Below, piece by piece: positions 40,652 to 50,774 of a DNA stretch of 64,000 nt. Both the position numbers and the translations under genes were made by a program. Below the pieces are notes generated by a model. That model made no database searches, had not been told where the DNA came from, and saw only the letters and a program-made list of their open reading frames with translations. The stretch's first letter is position 1; every line of letters starts with the position of its first letter. The stretch is from an uncultured archaeon. GTDB taxonomy: Archaea; Iainarchaeota; Iainarchaeia; Iainarchaeales; JAAZKV01. The stretch spans positions 21,028 through 85,027 of the forward strand of contig CAZJVN010000001.1 in NCBI GenBank assembly GCA_964549775.1, read 5' to 3'.

Positions 40652-41614
40652 ATGACCAAAATTGGTTCTTTAAGTATTAATGAAGGGGCATTTCTTGCCC
40701 CAATGGCAGATTATAGCAACATTGCTTTTCGAACACTTTGTAAAGAATATGGAGCAGCTCTTGTTTATACTGAATTAATTTCGGTTAAAGGATTGATTCA
40801 TAAAAATAAAAAAACTCCTAAATTACTAAAAGTTAGTGATCAAGAAAAGCCAATATTTTTACAATTATTTGGAAATAACCCTATTGAATTTAGTAAAGCT
40901 ATTGATTTTGTTGAAAAAAATTATCCTAATAATTTTTCAGGGTATGATCTTAATGCTGGTTGTAGTGTGCCTAAAGCAAAAAAAGGAAAATATGGTTCAT
41001 ATTTACTAAATTACCCAAAATTGATTGGAGAAATAATTAAAGAAATGAAAAAATCTACCTCCAAACCAATTACTCTAAAAATGAGAATTGGTCTTGAAAA
41101 AGAAACTTTTATGGAATGCGCAAAAATTGCAGAAAATGAAGGAGTGGACGCAATTTGTTTACATGCCCGACTTGGAACTGAAGGATATTCTGGCAAAGCC
41201 AATTGGTTAAAGATTTTTGAAATTAAAGATGAAATTAATATTCCAATTATTGGAAATGGGGACATCACTTCTGCTGAAAAAGTAATTGAAATGAAAAAAC
41301 AAACTAGCTGTGATTTTGTAATGATCGGACGAGGAAGTATTGGGAATGCTTTTTTATTTAAACAAACAAAAGAGGCTCTTTTAAAAAAGAAGATTAGTGA
41401 GAGAACTTTTGAACAAAAACTAATTGAGGCCAATAGATTTATTGAATTAAGTAAAGAATTTGGTTTGGAAATGAATGATACTAAACGGTATTTTATTAGC
41501 TGGGTTAAAGGAATGAAAAGTGCTCCTGAATTAAGAAACGAAATTGTTTTTACTAAAGACTTAAATGATTTAGAAAAAGTTATTTCAAAAGCTAAACCAA
41601 TAGAAGAACTTTAA
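40652..41614 (+). CDS. dus: tRNA-dihydrouridine synthase
   Basis: LAPMA, QLFG, DLNAGC, HAR, IGNGDI, MIGRG. Confidence 0.92.
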   Translation: MTKIGSLSINEGAFLAPMADYSNIAFRTLCKEYGAALVYTELISVKGLIHKNKKTPKLLKVSDQEKPIFLQLFGNNPIEFSKAIDFVEKNYPNNFSGYDLNAGCSVPKAKKGKYGSYLLNYPKLIGEIIKEMKKSTSKPITLKMRIGLEKETFMECAKIAENEGVDAICLHARLGTEGYSGKANWLKIFEIKDEINIPIIGNGDITSAEKVIEMKKQTSCDFVMIGRGSIGNAFLFKQTKEALLKKKISERTFEQKLIEANRFIELSKEFGLEMNDTKRYFISWVKGMKSAPELRNEIVFTKDLNDLEKVISKAKPIEEL

Positions 41615-41643
41615 AAAATTAATTAATTTAATTTTTAAAAAAA

Positions 41644-41808
41644 TTAACTTTCAATATAATTTTTTCTTGGGGCAGTTGGTTTTTTTATAAATCCGAGGTT
41701 AGATTGCTTGAATTTGTGTTTACATTTTTCTGAACAAAATTTAACATCATTTTTTACTTCAAATATTACCCCGCAAGAAGCACACATTTTTTTCATTTTA
41801 CCAACCAT
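41644..41808 (-). CDS. Small TRASH-like zinc-finger protein, 54 aa (not in ORF track)
   Basis: MVGKMKKMCASCGVIFEVKNDVKFCSEKC...: CxxC..FCSxxC. Confidence 0.65.
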   Translation of the reverse strand: MVGKMKKMCASCGVIFEVKNDVKFCSEKCKHKFKQSNLGFIKKPTAPRKNYIES

Positions 41809-41934
41809 CCACCACTAACAACTCTAATGTTTTATTAGATTTGAAAGTATTTATGATGTATTAAGAACAGCTTTTAAATCACACTATTTTTTTAACGAAA
41901 GGAGTTATTTAAACCTTAAAGTTATAATAATGTT

Positions 41935-42651
41935 ATGCCTGAAGAACAAATTCAACAAAAAAGTGAACCAAAACCAGTTGTAGGAGTGGTTGTAAGCTCT
42001 ATTGATAAAGCTGATCAAAAAGAAACTGAAATAAAAAAAAGAATACTTAATGAAGCTGAAACTTGGTTAAAAAAGAAACAAACTATACTAAAATTATCCC
42101 AAATTACTCTAACTCTTGATACTTATGAAGACCTTTTTTCAGATTTTGATCCAAGACCATTTAATGAAAGAGCACTATCAATTGATTTTTTATCAGAAAT
42201 AAAGGGTGCAAGTAAAGAAAAAGCAAATGGTGCACTTGAACTAAAATTTTTGGTTCCAAAAACGAAAAGAAACCCAAAGGACGAAATTTTAATTAATAAA
42301 AGATTAAGAAGCCACTTTAGAAAACACTATGAAATTGTTAGAAAGGAAGTTAGTAGATTAAAGAAAATTGGAATGAGTATGGTAGGGATTGGATTTTTTT
42401 TAGGAATTTTAGTAGTACTAGTATTAGAAAATGTTAGCCACAATATTGACCATTCAGTTATTTTCCAAAATCCATTAGCTTGGTTATTAATGATTTTTCC
42501 AAGCGTAATTTTAGTTTTAATGGAACCTGCTTCGTGGTTTTTGATTTGGGAAGGATTTAATAAAATTGTTTTTGACTGGGAAGAAAAAAAACCAGATTTG
42601 GAATTTTACGAAAAAATGACTAAATGTGAAATTGTTTTTGAAGAGTACTAA
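41935..42651 (+). CDS. Conserved hypothetical membrane protein
   Basis: LDTYEDLFSDFDPRP...RALS.DF motif and two TM helices. Confidence 0.8.
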   Translation: MPEEQIQQKSEPKPVVGVVVSSIDKADQKETEIKKRILNEAETWLKKKQTILKLSQITLTLDTYEDLFSDFDPRPFNERALSIDFLSEIKGASKEKANGALELKFLVPKTKRNPKDEILINKRLRSHFRKHYEIVRKEVSRLKKIGMSMVGIGFFLGILVVLVLENVSHNIDHSVIFQNPLAWLLMIFPSVILVLMEPASWFLIWEGFNKIVFDWEEKKPDLEFYEKMTKCEIVFEEY

Positions 42652-42685
42652 GTTATTTAAAAATAATTATTTAAAAATAGATAAA

Positions 42686-42706
42686 AGCACCACAAGCGCG
42701 GTGCTT
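42686..42706. terminator. Short hairpin between convergent genes
   Basis: AAGCACC-ACAAGCGC-GGTGCTT. Confidence 0.5.
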
Positions 42707-42718
42707 AAATAAAATTAT

Positions 42719-42871
42719 TTATTCTTCTTCTGCGAATGCTTTTATTGCATCCATATTTTCAACAATTAATTTTGCCTTTCCTTTACCAAATTGAAATGGA
42801 AAATTATCAGTTTCATTTCTCTTTAGTATTATCATTTTGTTTCCTTTAAATTCACCATATTCTACAACCAT
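42719..42871 (-). CDS. Small conserved hypothetical protein, 50 aa (not in ORF track)
   Basis: MVVEYGEFKGNKMIILKRNETDNFPFQFGKGKAKLIVENMDAIKAFAEEE; AGGTGA SD. Confidence 0.8.
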   Translation of the reverse strand: MVVEYGEFKGNKMIILKRNETDNFPFQFGKGKAKLIVENMDAIKAFAEEE

Positions 42872-42973
42872 TTTTACATCACCTTTTTTGATTAAAAAAT
42901 CAATTTATTCTAAAAGATTGTTGGTTCTTAACATTTAAAAAACTACTTAAAGTTATGTGCCAATAAGTTAATT

Positions 42974-43729
42974 ATGATTGAAAAAATTGCTATTGTGTGT
43001 TCTTTACAAGATGAGGCAAGTGTTAATATTTCAAGGGAATTAAAAAAACTAGGAATTCCTTCTTGGGCCAATTTTTATGAATTTACTGAAGACACAATTT
43101 TTTTGCCTTTAGAAAAATTAACTGAAAAAAACATTATTGTTGTTTCTAAACATGAAAGTAAAGCACAAAAAAAATCCCTAACTGTTCACAGCATTGGTAA
43201 TTTTGGAAAAGCTGAATATGGAGGATTAGAGAGAAAACTTTGTGGAACCCTACCAAAAATTGGATCTAATTATTTACGTGCATTAAACCAAAAAAAATCA
43301 GAACTTAATTTAATGGAGTTTGAAATTTGTTATGAGGTTACCCATCATGGCCCCTTTGTTGATAAAAATGTTGTTTTTATAGAAATTGGGAGTTCAAAAA
43401 TTGAATGGATTAACCCATTGTTTGGAAAATTAATTGCCGAAATTATAATAAATAGTACTTTTACTGAAAATAAGGATGTTATTGGCATTGGCCTCGGAGG
43501 AACTCACTATGCCCCGGAATTTACTAAATTAGTTTTAAAAGAAAATTATGCTTTGGGACACATTTGTCCAAGCTATAATTTAGAAAACATTGATTTAGAA
43601 ATGTTAGAGCAAATGTTGTCTAAAAGTAATGCTTCAATTATTATTTTAGATTGGAAAGGACTTAAAAGTTTTAAACAAACCATCCTTGAGTTATGCGAAA
43701 AAACTAATATACCTACAAAAAAGATTTAA
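42974..43729 (+). CDS. dtdA: D-aminoacyl-tRNA deacylase, archaeal DTD2
   Basis: SKHES, LTVH..GN, EVTHHGP, FIEIGS, GGTHY. Confidence 0.92.
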   Translation: MIEKIAIVCSLQDEASVNISRELKKLGIPSWANFYEFTEDTIFLPLEKLTEKNIIVVSKHESKAQKKSLTVHSIGNFGKAEYGGLERKLCGTLPKIGSNYLRALNQKKSELNLMEFEICYEVTHHGPFVDKNVVFIEIGSSKIEWINPLFGKLIAEIIINSTFTENKDVIGIGLGGTHYAPEFTKLVLKENYALGHICPSYNLENIDLEMLEQMLSKSNASIIILDWKGLKSFKQTILELCEKTNIPTKKI

Positions 43730-43834
43730 TATTATTGTAAAATAGTAACAAATATACAGCGTGGAAAATCTCATTTTTCATTAAAAGAAACAAATATTAG
43801 GCACTTTAATCATATTATTATTAGGTGATATTAA

Positions 43835-44083
43835 GTGGATTTTTCAAAAATAGTAAATAAATTTGATGTAATGGATATTGCTCTGATTAAGTTAGGAGTA
43901 TTGTTTTTTGCATTCTGGATTGTTTCAGCATCGGCAACAATCGCTAACTGGGTTATTGCAATGAATCATTGGATCTTTTTTGCAGCATTTGTTATTTTAA
44001 TAGCAAGACCTCTTTATAGAGCTTATTTTAAAAAAGAAAAGAAATTAATTGTTAAAAAAGTGGTTAAGAAAAAAAGAAAGTAA
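43835..44083 (+). CDS. Small membrane protein
   Basis: Two TM segments, basic tail, AGGTGA SD. Confidence 0.7.
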   Translation: MDFSKIVNKFDVMDIALIKLGVLFFAFWIVSASATIANWVIAMNHWIFFAAFVILIARPLYRAYFKKEKKLIVKKVVKKKRK

Positions 44084-44172
44084 GATATTCTTACTTTCTT
44101 ATTTAATTAATTTTTTAAAAAATAAGCGGGTTTTTAATGTTTTGTCTTTAATAAGTTATTAAGGTGATTTGA

Positions 44173-44469
44173 ATGGGTGGAACATTAACTTATAATTCTC
44201 AAAAGAGATTCAAAACAGCAAATGAATCGGTTATTTCTTTAGCAGGAGAATTTCCTAAATGTAAAGGACTATACCCTGATTGCCCAGAAGAACCTTCATT
44301 AGCAAATCCAATGTGCAGAACTTGCCCAAAAACTGAAGGAATGAAAAAACCAAAACTAGAAGAAATTGAAGAACAAAGAAAAGAAAAAAAGAATGAAGAA
44401 CCAGAAGTTTTAATTGAAGAAGATAAACCTGTTGAAACTTTAGAAGAAGCTAATAAAGAAACTAATTAA
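44173..44469 (+). CDS. Small Cys4 protein with charged tail
   Basis: CKGLYPDC...CRTCP; AGGTGA SD. Confidence 0.7.
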   Translation: MGGTLTYNSQKRFKTANESVISLAGEFPKCKGLYPDCPEEPSLANPMCRTCPKTEGMKKPKLEEIEEQRKEKKNEEPEVLIEEDKPVETLEEANKETN

Positions 44470-44512
44470 TTTTTTCATTTTGTGAAAAAGCTACTTTTCT
44501 TTTTCACTTATT

Positions 44513-45070
44513 TTATTTTTTATTTTTGTTTAAATAATATTCCTTAAATTTTTCAAGAGCTCTCTTTCTGTGACTTATCTCATTTTTTTCTTTTGAATGC
44601 ATTTCTGCAAATGTTTTTGTTTTGCCTTCCGGAATAAATATTGGATCCCAACCAAACCCTGATTCACCTTTTGGTTTCACTATTTTTCCTTTAATAGTTC
44701 CTTCAAAAAATAGTATTTCTTTTCCATTTGAATAACCAATCATGGTTTTTGCTTCAGCCCCAAATAAACCAGCTTTATTAGCTAACTCAAATATTCCTTT
44801 TCTGTCCAAAGCTTTTACAAACCATTTAATTAATGGACCTGGCAATTTCCAATTAAGTGCTTCTAGTGAGAGAGAGGTGTCTTCAACTAGTAACTCCCCT
44901 TGTTGATATTTTGATGCTTCAATTAATTTAAATTTTATTACTTCTTTTGAATCAATACTTTGAATCTCGGGTAATTCAATATCTTTTTGATAAACTTTTA
45001 TTTCTGGTGAAAGAATACTATTAAATTCTTCTAATTTATGTTCATTTCCTGTAATAAAATATAGTTCCAT
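44513..45070 (-). CDS. rdgB: Non-canonical purine NTP pyrophosphatase (RdgB/HAM1)
   Basis: TGNEHK, EDT, LPGP, GFGWDPIF, SHR. Confidence 0.95.
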   Translation of the reverse strand: MELYFITGNEHKLEEFNSILSPEIKVYQKDIELPEIQSIDSKEVIKFKLIEASKYQQGELLVEDTSLSLEALNWKLPGPLIKWFVKALDRKGIFELANKAGLFGAEAKTMIGYSNGKEILFFEGTIKGKIVKPKGESGFGWDPIFIPEGKTKTFAEMHSKEKNEISHRKRALEKFKEYYLNKNKK

Positions 45071-45138
45071 CAAGACCACCAAAATATTGTCCAACAAATT
45101 GAGTTTAATATTATTTAGCTTTTTAAAAATTATATTAA

Positions 45139-46062
45139 TTAAAACAAAGTGTCGAATATTTTTTTACCGTTTGATTCTTCTAAGTATTTCCATCTTTCGT
45201 CAACATATTTTTGTATTTTTTCAACAAGATCGGGAGTCAAATGTTTGAATCTTCCTTGCATCATCAAGTATTGTTCAACTGGTTTTTTTTCTGCTGGAGT
45301 GTAATTTAATTTCATTACCCCATTTTCAATTTCATATAATGGATAAACAGTTGTGTCTTGTGCTATTCTTGATAAATCAATTACAATTGAGGAATCAATT
45401 TTCCATCCAGGAATGCATGGAACAAATACTGAAATAAATGAGGGCCCATCAGTGTTGAGTGCTTTTTGTACTTTGTTTTTTAAATCAAATAAATTTGATA
45501 CGCTTGCAGTTGCAACATATTTTGCTCCGTGTGCTGCAATAATATAAGGTAAAGGTTTTTTTGGTTGAGTTTTTCCATGAATTACACTTCCATTTGGGCT
45601 TGTTGTTGTTGCAGCGTAAGGAAAAGTTGCTCCGCTTCTTTGTATTCCTGTATTTTGGTAAGCTTCATTGTCTGTTGCTATGTAAAGTATTTTGTGTCCT
45701 CGTTCTACAGCTCCGCTTATTGCTCCAAAGCCAATATCAAACATTGCTCCATCTCCACCAATTGCGATTACATTTGTTTTTGTATTTCCTTTTGATAAAA
45801 GCGATGCTTTTACTCCACTTGCAACAGCTGCTGCATTTTCAAATGCGCAGTGCACCCAAGGTACTTCCCATGCTGATTCTGGATAAGGGGTTGAAACTAC
45901 TTCCATACACCCAGTAGCCATTACAATCATTGTGTCTGCCCCTGCAGCTTTTAGTATGTGTCTTATTGCTAGTGCTTCTCCACATCCAGCACAAGCTCTG
46001 TGTCCGCTTGCAAAATATTCTTTTTCGTCTAAACCCAAAATTACCATAATCATCAATTCCAT
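45139..46062 (-). CDS. porB: Pyruvate:ferredoxin oxidoreductase beta subunit
   Basis: GHRACAGCG, GGDG..DIG TPP motif, DNEAY.NTG.QRS. Confidence 0.93.
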   Translation of the reverse strand: MELMIMVILGLDEKEYFASGHRACAGCGEALAIRHILKAAGADTMIVMATGCMEVVSTPYPESAWEVPWVHCAFENAAAVASGVKASLLSKGNTKTNVIAIGGDGAMFDIGFGAISGAVERGHKILYIATDNEAYQNTGIQRSGATFPYAATTTSPNGSVIHGKTQPKKPLPYIIAAHGAKYVATASVSNLFDLKNKVQKALNTDGPSFISVFVPCIPGWKIDSSIVIDLSRIAQDTTVYPLYEIENGVMKLNYTPAEKKPVEQYLMMQGRFKHLTPDLVEKIQKYVDERWKYLEESNGKKIFDTLF

Positions 46063-46079
46063 TTTTGTTTTTTAAAAAA

Positions 46080-47225
46080 TTATTTTAACCAAACTCCTTC
46101 TTGTCCTTTTTCAATTATTTCAAATGCTTTTTTTATTCTTGTTCGATCAATATCTCTCCCACCAAGTCCCGCAATAAATCCAGTCACTTTTACTTTTTCT
46201 TCTTTTAGTGCAGCCTTGATGTCAGTACATAATGGCCCTTCATATCCAATTGAAACGTGTCTATCTATTACCCCTAAATTTTTTAATTTTTTTGTTGCAG
46301 AAATTATTTCTTCTTTTGGAAAGGGTCTCATTGATTTTATTCTAATTATTCCTGCTTTTTTTCCAGATTTTTGTAATTCTTCAAGAACCATTCTTGCAGT
46401 TCCAGTTACTCCACCAACTGTAACAAGAGCATATTCTGCATCTTTCATTTCTATTAACTCAATTAATCCGCCACCATATTCTCTTCCAAATTCTTTTGCA
46501 AATTCTTCATGAACTTTTTGTATTTCCTCTTTAGCTTCACTCATTGCATTTTGTTCTATTTCTTTAAATTCAAAGTAAGTGTTTGGTTGAGCAAATGCTC
46601 CAAAAGTTTTTGGGTTTTTTACATCTAAAAAATGTTCAGGGGTGTATTCTGGCAAAAATGAATCTACTTTTTCGCTAGTTTCAATTATCACTGGCTCGTA
46701 CACGTGGGTTAGAGAAAATCCATCCATGCAAACCATTACTGGGAGTAATACATTTTTTTTCTCTGCAATTTTGTAAGCCATTATTGTTGTGTCAAATGCT
46801 TCTTGTACATTTTCGCAGTAAAGTTGTATCCATCCTTGGTCTTTTTCACTCATTGTGTCAGAGTGATCGTTCCAAATATTTAGTGGGCCTGATAGTGCTC
46901 TATTTGCTACTACCATTACTGCAGGCATTCTTGATGCTGAAACAATTGGAATTATTTCATGCATTAGTGCAAGACCTTGTGAGGCTGTTGCAGTAAATGC
47001 TCTTGATCCTGCCGCGTACGCCCCATAAAGTGCACTAATTGCAGAGTGTTCACTTTCGACATGAATTAATTGAGCGTCAATTTCTCCATTAGCAATATAT
47101 TCTGATAATTTTTCTGGAATTAATGTACTTGGAGTGATTGGGTACATTGGTAAAACTTTTGGTCTACAAAGTTTTACTGCATTAGCAACTGCTTCTGAAC
47201 CAGACATAACTTTTGTTTCACTCAT
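46080..47225 (-). CDS. porA: Pyruvate:ferredoxin oxidoreductase alpha subunit
   Basis: YPITP, ESEHSA, TATASQGL, DGF.LTH, GLGGRD. Confidence 0.93.
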   Translation of the reverse strand: MSETKVMSGSEAVANAVKLCRPKVLPMYPITPSTLIPEKLSEYIANGEIDAQLIHVESEHSAISALYGAYAAGSRAFTATASQGLALMHEIIPIVSASRMPAVMVVANRALSGPLNIWNDHSDTMSEKDQGWIQLYCENVQEAFDTTIMAYKIAEKKNVLLPVMVCMDGFSLTHVYEPVIIETSEKVDSFLPEYTPEHFLDVKNPKTFGAFAQPNTYFEFKEIEQNAMSEAKEEIQKVHEEFAKEFGREYGGGLIELIEMKDAEYALVTVGGVTGTARMVLEELQKSGKKAGIIRIKSMRPFPKEEIISATKKLKNLGVIDRHVSIGYEGPLCTDIKAALKEEKVKVTGFIAGLGGRDIDRTRIKKAFEIIEKGQEGVWLK

Positions 47226-47270
47226 AAAAATCACTATTTTTATTTCCCCAAATTAATTTATTCAAATATT

Positions 47271-47594
47271 TTATTTTTCTTCAACCTTATATGCAATGCA
47301 TTTTACTGGGCATTCTTTTGCACAAATTAAACATCCTTTACAATATTCATAATTTACTTGAAATTTTCCGTCTTTGTCTTTATAGATTGCACCGTCAGGA
47401 CAATTTAACCAGCATTTTCCACATTTTATACATTTTGCTTGATCAATTTCTGGTTTAAATGTTCTCCAATCCCCAGTTTTGTATTTCTTTGATGAGCCTG
47501 CTTCAAGTACTGTTGCTCCAAGGTTTAGTATTATCCCTGAAGAAGTTTTCTCAACTTTTGAAACTTCTTTTTTGTTGTCCTTTTTTTCAACCAT
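47271..47594 (-). CDS. porD: Pyruvate:ferredoxin oxidoreductase delta subunit
   Basis: KTGDWRTFKP and two CxxCxxCxxxCP motifs. Confidence 0.92.
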   Translation of the reverse strand: MVEKKDNKKEVSKVEKTSSGIILNLGATVLEAGSSKKYKTGDWRTFKPEIDQAKCIKCGKCWLNCPDGAIYKDKDGKFQVNYEYCKGCLICAKECPVKCIAYKVEEK

Positions 47595-47626
47595 AAAATT
47601 CACTTTTTTTATTTACCAAAAATTAT

Positions 47627-48172
47627 TTATTTTTTTAACGAGTCTTCATAAACTTGTTTTATTGCAGACAAATTTTTTTCAAGCATTGTTCCTTTTGAAC
47701 CCATTTGTTGTTTGATTGCATTTTCTAGGGACTCTATTGTTACTTCTTTTGTTAATGCACTAAATGCTCCAAGTGCAGCAATATTTACAAAAGGTTTTCC
47801 TATTTTACTTATTGCAATTGCTGAAATATCTACACACTTTATTTTTGCTTTTGTATTTAATTTAAATTCTTCCGGTTTTTTATGAGAATTAATTATTATT
47901 AAATCACTAATATTTTCAGTTAATCCGTTTAGAAGTGTTGCATCAAGCACTATTGCATAATTTGCGTCATAAACTTGTTCTCTAAGAGTAATTTTTTTCT
48001 CATCAATTCTTGCATAACTTCTTACGGGGGCCCCAGTTCTTTCTACTCCAAAATTTGGAAAAGCTTGAGAATGTTTTTTGTCAAAGAACGCTGCTATCGC
48101 TATTATTTGTGAACTTGTAACAGCTCCTTGCCCCCCTCTTCCTAGTACTATTATTTGTTTCATTTTTTGCAT
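47627..48172 (-). CDS. porG: Pyruvate:ferredoxin oxidoreductase gamma subunit
   Basis: GRGGQGAVT, FP.FGVERTGAPV. Confidence 0.92.
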   Translation of the reverse strand: MQKMKQIIVLGRGGQGAVTSSQIIAIAAFFDKKHSQAFPNFGVERTGAPVRSYARIDEKKITLREQVYDANYAIVLDATLLNGLTENISDLIIINSHKKPEEFKLNTKAKIKCVDISAIAISKIGKPFVNIAALGAFSALTKEVTIESLENAIKQQMGSKGTMLEKNLSAIKQVYEDSLKK

Positions 48173-48229
48173 CTCAATTTGTTTAACTTAATAAAAAGAA
48201 AATATCAACAAACCTTTAAAAATTAAACT

Positions 48230-48252
48230 AACGAACAAGACTTCGTCAATTG
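48230..48252. promoter_or_regulatory. Motif AACGAA-N8-CGTCAATTG, copy 1, upstream of por TATA
   Basis: Same motif and spacing at 59668-59690. Confidence 0.55.
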
Positions 48253-48291
48253 TACTATGCTTTTATTTTTTTAAATTTATAAAAAAAATAA

Positions 48292-49092
48292 TTATAACTT
48301 AATTTTTGTAGAAATTAATTCTTTTCCAAGTAGTGCTTTTTCTAAATTTCCTTTTGTAAATAAATTAAATATTTGTGCTTCGCTTCCATTTAGTTGTTCT
48401 GCTAATTTTTCTAGTTTTCCTTTCATCCCACCAGTTACATCAACTGAATTTGATTCGCTCGCCATTTTTATTACTTCATTAAAATTTTCTTTATTAATTT
48501 CTTTTATTAACTTTGCAGCAGGATTAATTTTTGGGTCAGCAGTATAAATTCCATTCACATCAGTCCCTAATAGTATTTTGTCAGGTTTCATTAATTTTGT
48601 TATTTGTGCAATTGCTGTATCTCCACTCATTACACTCCATTTTAGTGTTCTGTCTTTTACCATTATTCCTGTTGTTATTGGAATCTCTCCTCCACGCAAT
48701 GCTTTTTCATACTCTTCTATTTCATAAGTTATTACTTTTTTGTTATCTTGTTTACAAACCCAATAACCTGGTATGTGTCTTGTTTTTAGTTTTTGTTTTT
48801 CAAGTGTTTCTATTACTTGGTCAGCAACATAATCGCAATCTTTAATTGTTTTTTCAGTCCCTTCTTCTTGCTTTTTTGTTTTTATTCCATCATTTAAGTC
48901 ATATTCTTTTACATTTGTGTGACCAAATGGACCAACCCCACAAATAATAATTAAATTAAAATCTCTTTCTTTTAGCGCGAATGCAATTTCTTTTGCTGCA
49001 TCATCTATCACAGCAATATTCATTTCAAATTTGTTGTCAGCTTTTTTGGTTATTGAAGAACCACCAAGTTTTAATAAAATTAATTCTTTCAT
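48292..49092 (-). CDS. ipk: Isopentenyl phosphate kinase
   Basis: LKLGGSSIT.K, G.FGH, SGD, DVTGGM.GK; MVA context. Confidence 0.9.
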   Translation of the reverse strand: MKELILLKLGGSSITKKADNKFEMNIAVIDDAAKEIAFALKERDFNLIIICGVGPFGHTNVKEYDLNDGIKTKKQEEGTEKTIKDCDYVADQVIETLEKQKLKTRHIPGYWVCKQDNKKVITYEIEEYEKALRGGEIPITTGIMVKDRTLKWSVMSGDTAIAQITKLMKPDKILLGTDVNGIYTADPKINPAAKLIKEINKENFNEVIKMASESNSVDVTGGMKGKLEKLAEQLNGSEAQIFNLFTKGNLEKALLGKELISTKIKL

Positions 49093-49122
49093 CCACCCAC
49101 CAAATTTAATTTAAAAAAATAG

Positions 49123-49515
49123 TTATTCTAAAATTATTTTTGCGCTAGTCGCATTAACAATTACTTTTTGTCCGTTTTTTATTTTTGAAATATCAATTTT
49201 GTCTACACATGGAATTTCCGAAATAATTGCCCCCACTGCAACTATTGTTTCGCATTCTTTATTTATTAATGCGATTGGTGCTGTTCCTTGTTTTTTCATT
49301 CTGTAAAGCGCGTAACTTCCAACAGTTGAACCTTTTCCTTGTGGGAAAACTAAAATTTTTCCACTAATACTTTTTCCTTCAAGTTCGTGTCCTTTTTCTG
49401 TAACTACTCCGTTCGCAGGATCTACTCCTCCAAAGAAACTTATTCCTTGTGTGGTGACAAGTGCTTCCCCTTCTGCATTCCCTTTACAAATTTTTCTTCC
49501 AATCATTTCAACCAT
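49123..49515 (-). CDS. Phosphomevalonate dehydratase small subunit (AcnX swivel, DUF126)
   Basis: ISFFGGVDP, GKGSTVGSY. Confidence 0.9.
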   Translation of the reverse strand: MVEMIGRKICKGNAEGEALVTTQGISFFGGVDPANGVVTEKGHELEGKSISGKILVFPQGKGSTVGSYALYRMKKQGTAPIALINKECETIVAVGAIISEIPCVDKIDISKIKNGQKVIVNATSAKIILE

Positions 49516-49553
49516 AAAATTCACTTTTTTTATTTACCAAAAATTAATTTAAT

Positions 49554-50729
49554 TTATTTACATGCCTCTTCAACTAACTTTTCTAAAGGAAGAATTTTTG
49601 TTTTTGATTGATTTTTTGAGTATGCGTAGTAGCACCCTTTTGCCGAGTCTGTTGCAAGGCATTTGAATCTTCCTTTTATTGGAGCCACTACACAACAAGT
49701 GTCTGCTGCAAATTTTGCTCCAGCTGCTTCAATTATTTTAGAGTACCCTGCGGTGTCAGCTATTCTTTTTGTTGGTCTTGCTGTAGTTATCCAAAATTCT
49801 TTTGTAACTTTTTTTCCTTTTAAAAGTTCTGCCACTTTTGCTATTTCATTTATACTTGCGTGTGGGCAACCAATACTTACAAAATCCACTTCACAATCAT
49901 CCATTGTCATTTCTTTTAATGCTTTATCAATATCTTCTCTTATTACTATCATTTCTTCTTTGGGAGTAGGAGTTTTGTTTGGAGTTATTCCTTTTATGTG
50001 GAAAATTGCTGCACCCCCATAAGTTGCAATACTTGCTGAAAAAGATTTTAGTTCTTCAATTGTAGCTTCTTTTATTCCTATAATTAAAACTGGTTTTGCT
50101 TTTACTTTTTCCCCAATTACTTTCCCAAGGGCTCCAAATTCGTTTGTTCCTTTTATTTTTGCTTTTAATTTTACTTTTATTTGTGCATTTCTATTTTCAT
50201 CTAAATGCATTCCATAAAGCGGGGTCTTTCCAGTTAATGCACTTGCAAGTGCACTTGGTCCACCTTCTCTATTTGTTTTTGCTCCAAGAACTGAATTTGC
50301 ATACGCTACTGCGCTACTTTCACTCCAAGCAATGTGTTGACCAAAGTGAGGATTGTTTCCAATTAAGTATGGGGTACAAGTACAAGTTGGTAGTACTCCC
50401 ATTTTTGTAAATGCGTCTATTACTAATTTTTGTTTTACTGCAAAATCTTCACTTATTCCAAGTGCTTGGTAATTTTCTAAATCCATTCCTGCAGGGTTTA
50501 ATGTTGTTAATACTCTCACTTTTCCATCTTTTGCTAAGTCATCTAAAAATTCTAGCCCAGCGTCTCCTAAATTGTCATAACTTACTCCTGCAATTTGTAC
50601 ACTAGTTACATCGACTAAATTCTTTGCCCCATAAATTTCTCCTAAGGCGACAAGTATTTCCATACTTTTTCTTAGCGCGGGTCCGTTTTTTCCTTCAAGC
50701 ATTTTTTGTTCGGCTTTTGTTAATTCCAT
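49554..50729 (-). CDS. Phosphomevalonate dehydratase large subunit (AcnX, DUF521)
   Basis: TLNPAG, TCTCTPY, WSESSA, IGCPH, DTCCVVAP, TDSAK. Confidence 0.9.
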   Translation of the reverse strand: MELTKAEQKMLEGKNGPALRKSMEILVALGEIYGAKNLVDVTSVQIAGVSYDNLGDAGLEFLDDLAKDGKVRVLTTLNPAGMDLENYQALGISEDFAVKQKLVIDAFTKMGVLPTCTCTPYLIGNNPHFGQHIAWSESSAVAYANSVLGAKTNREGGPSALASALTGKTPLYGMHLDENRNAQIKVKLKAKIKGTNEFGALGKVIGEKVKAKPVLIIGIKEATIEELKSFSASIATYGGAAIFHIKGITPNKTPTPKEEMIVIREDIDKALKEMTMDDCEVDFVSIGCPHASINEIAKVAELLKGKKVTKEFWITTARPTKRIADTAGYSKIIEAAGAKFAADTCCVVAPIKGRFKCLATDSAKGCYYAYSKNQSKTKILPLEKLVEEACK

Positions 50730-50774
50730 TTTTTCACCAATTCAATTTTTAAAAACCATCATTAAATTTATTTT

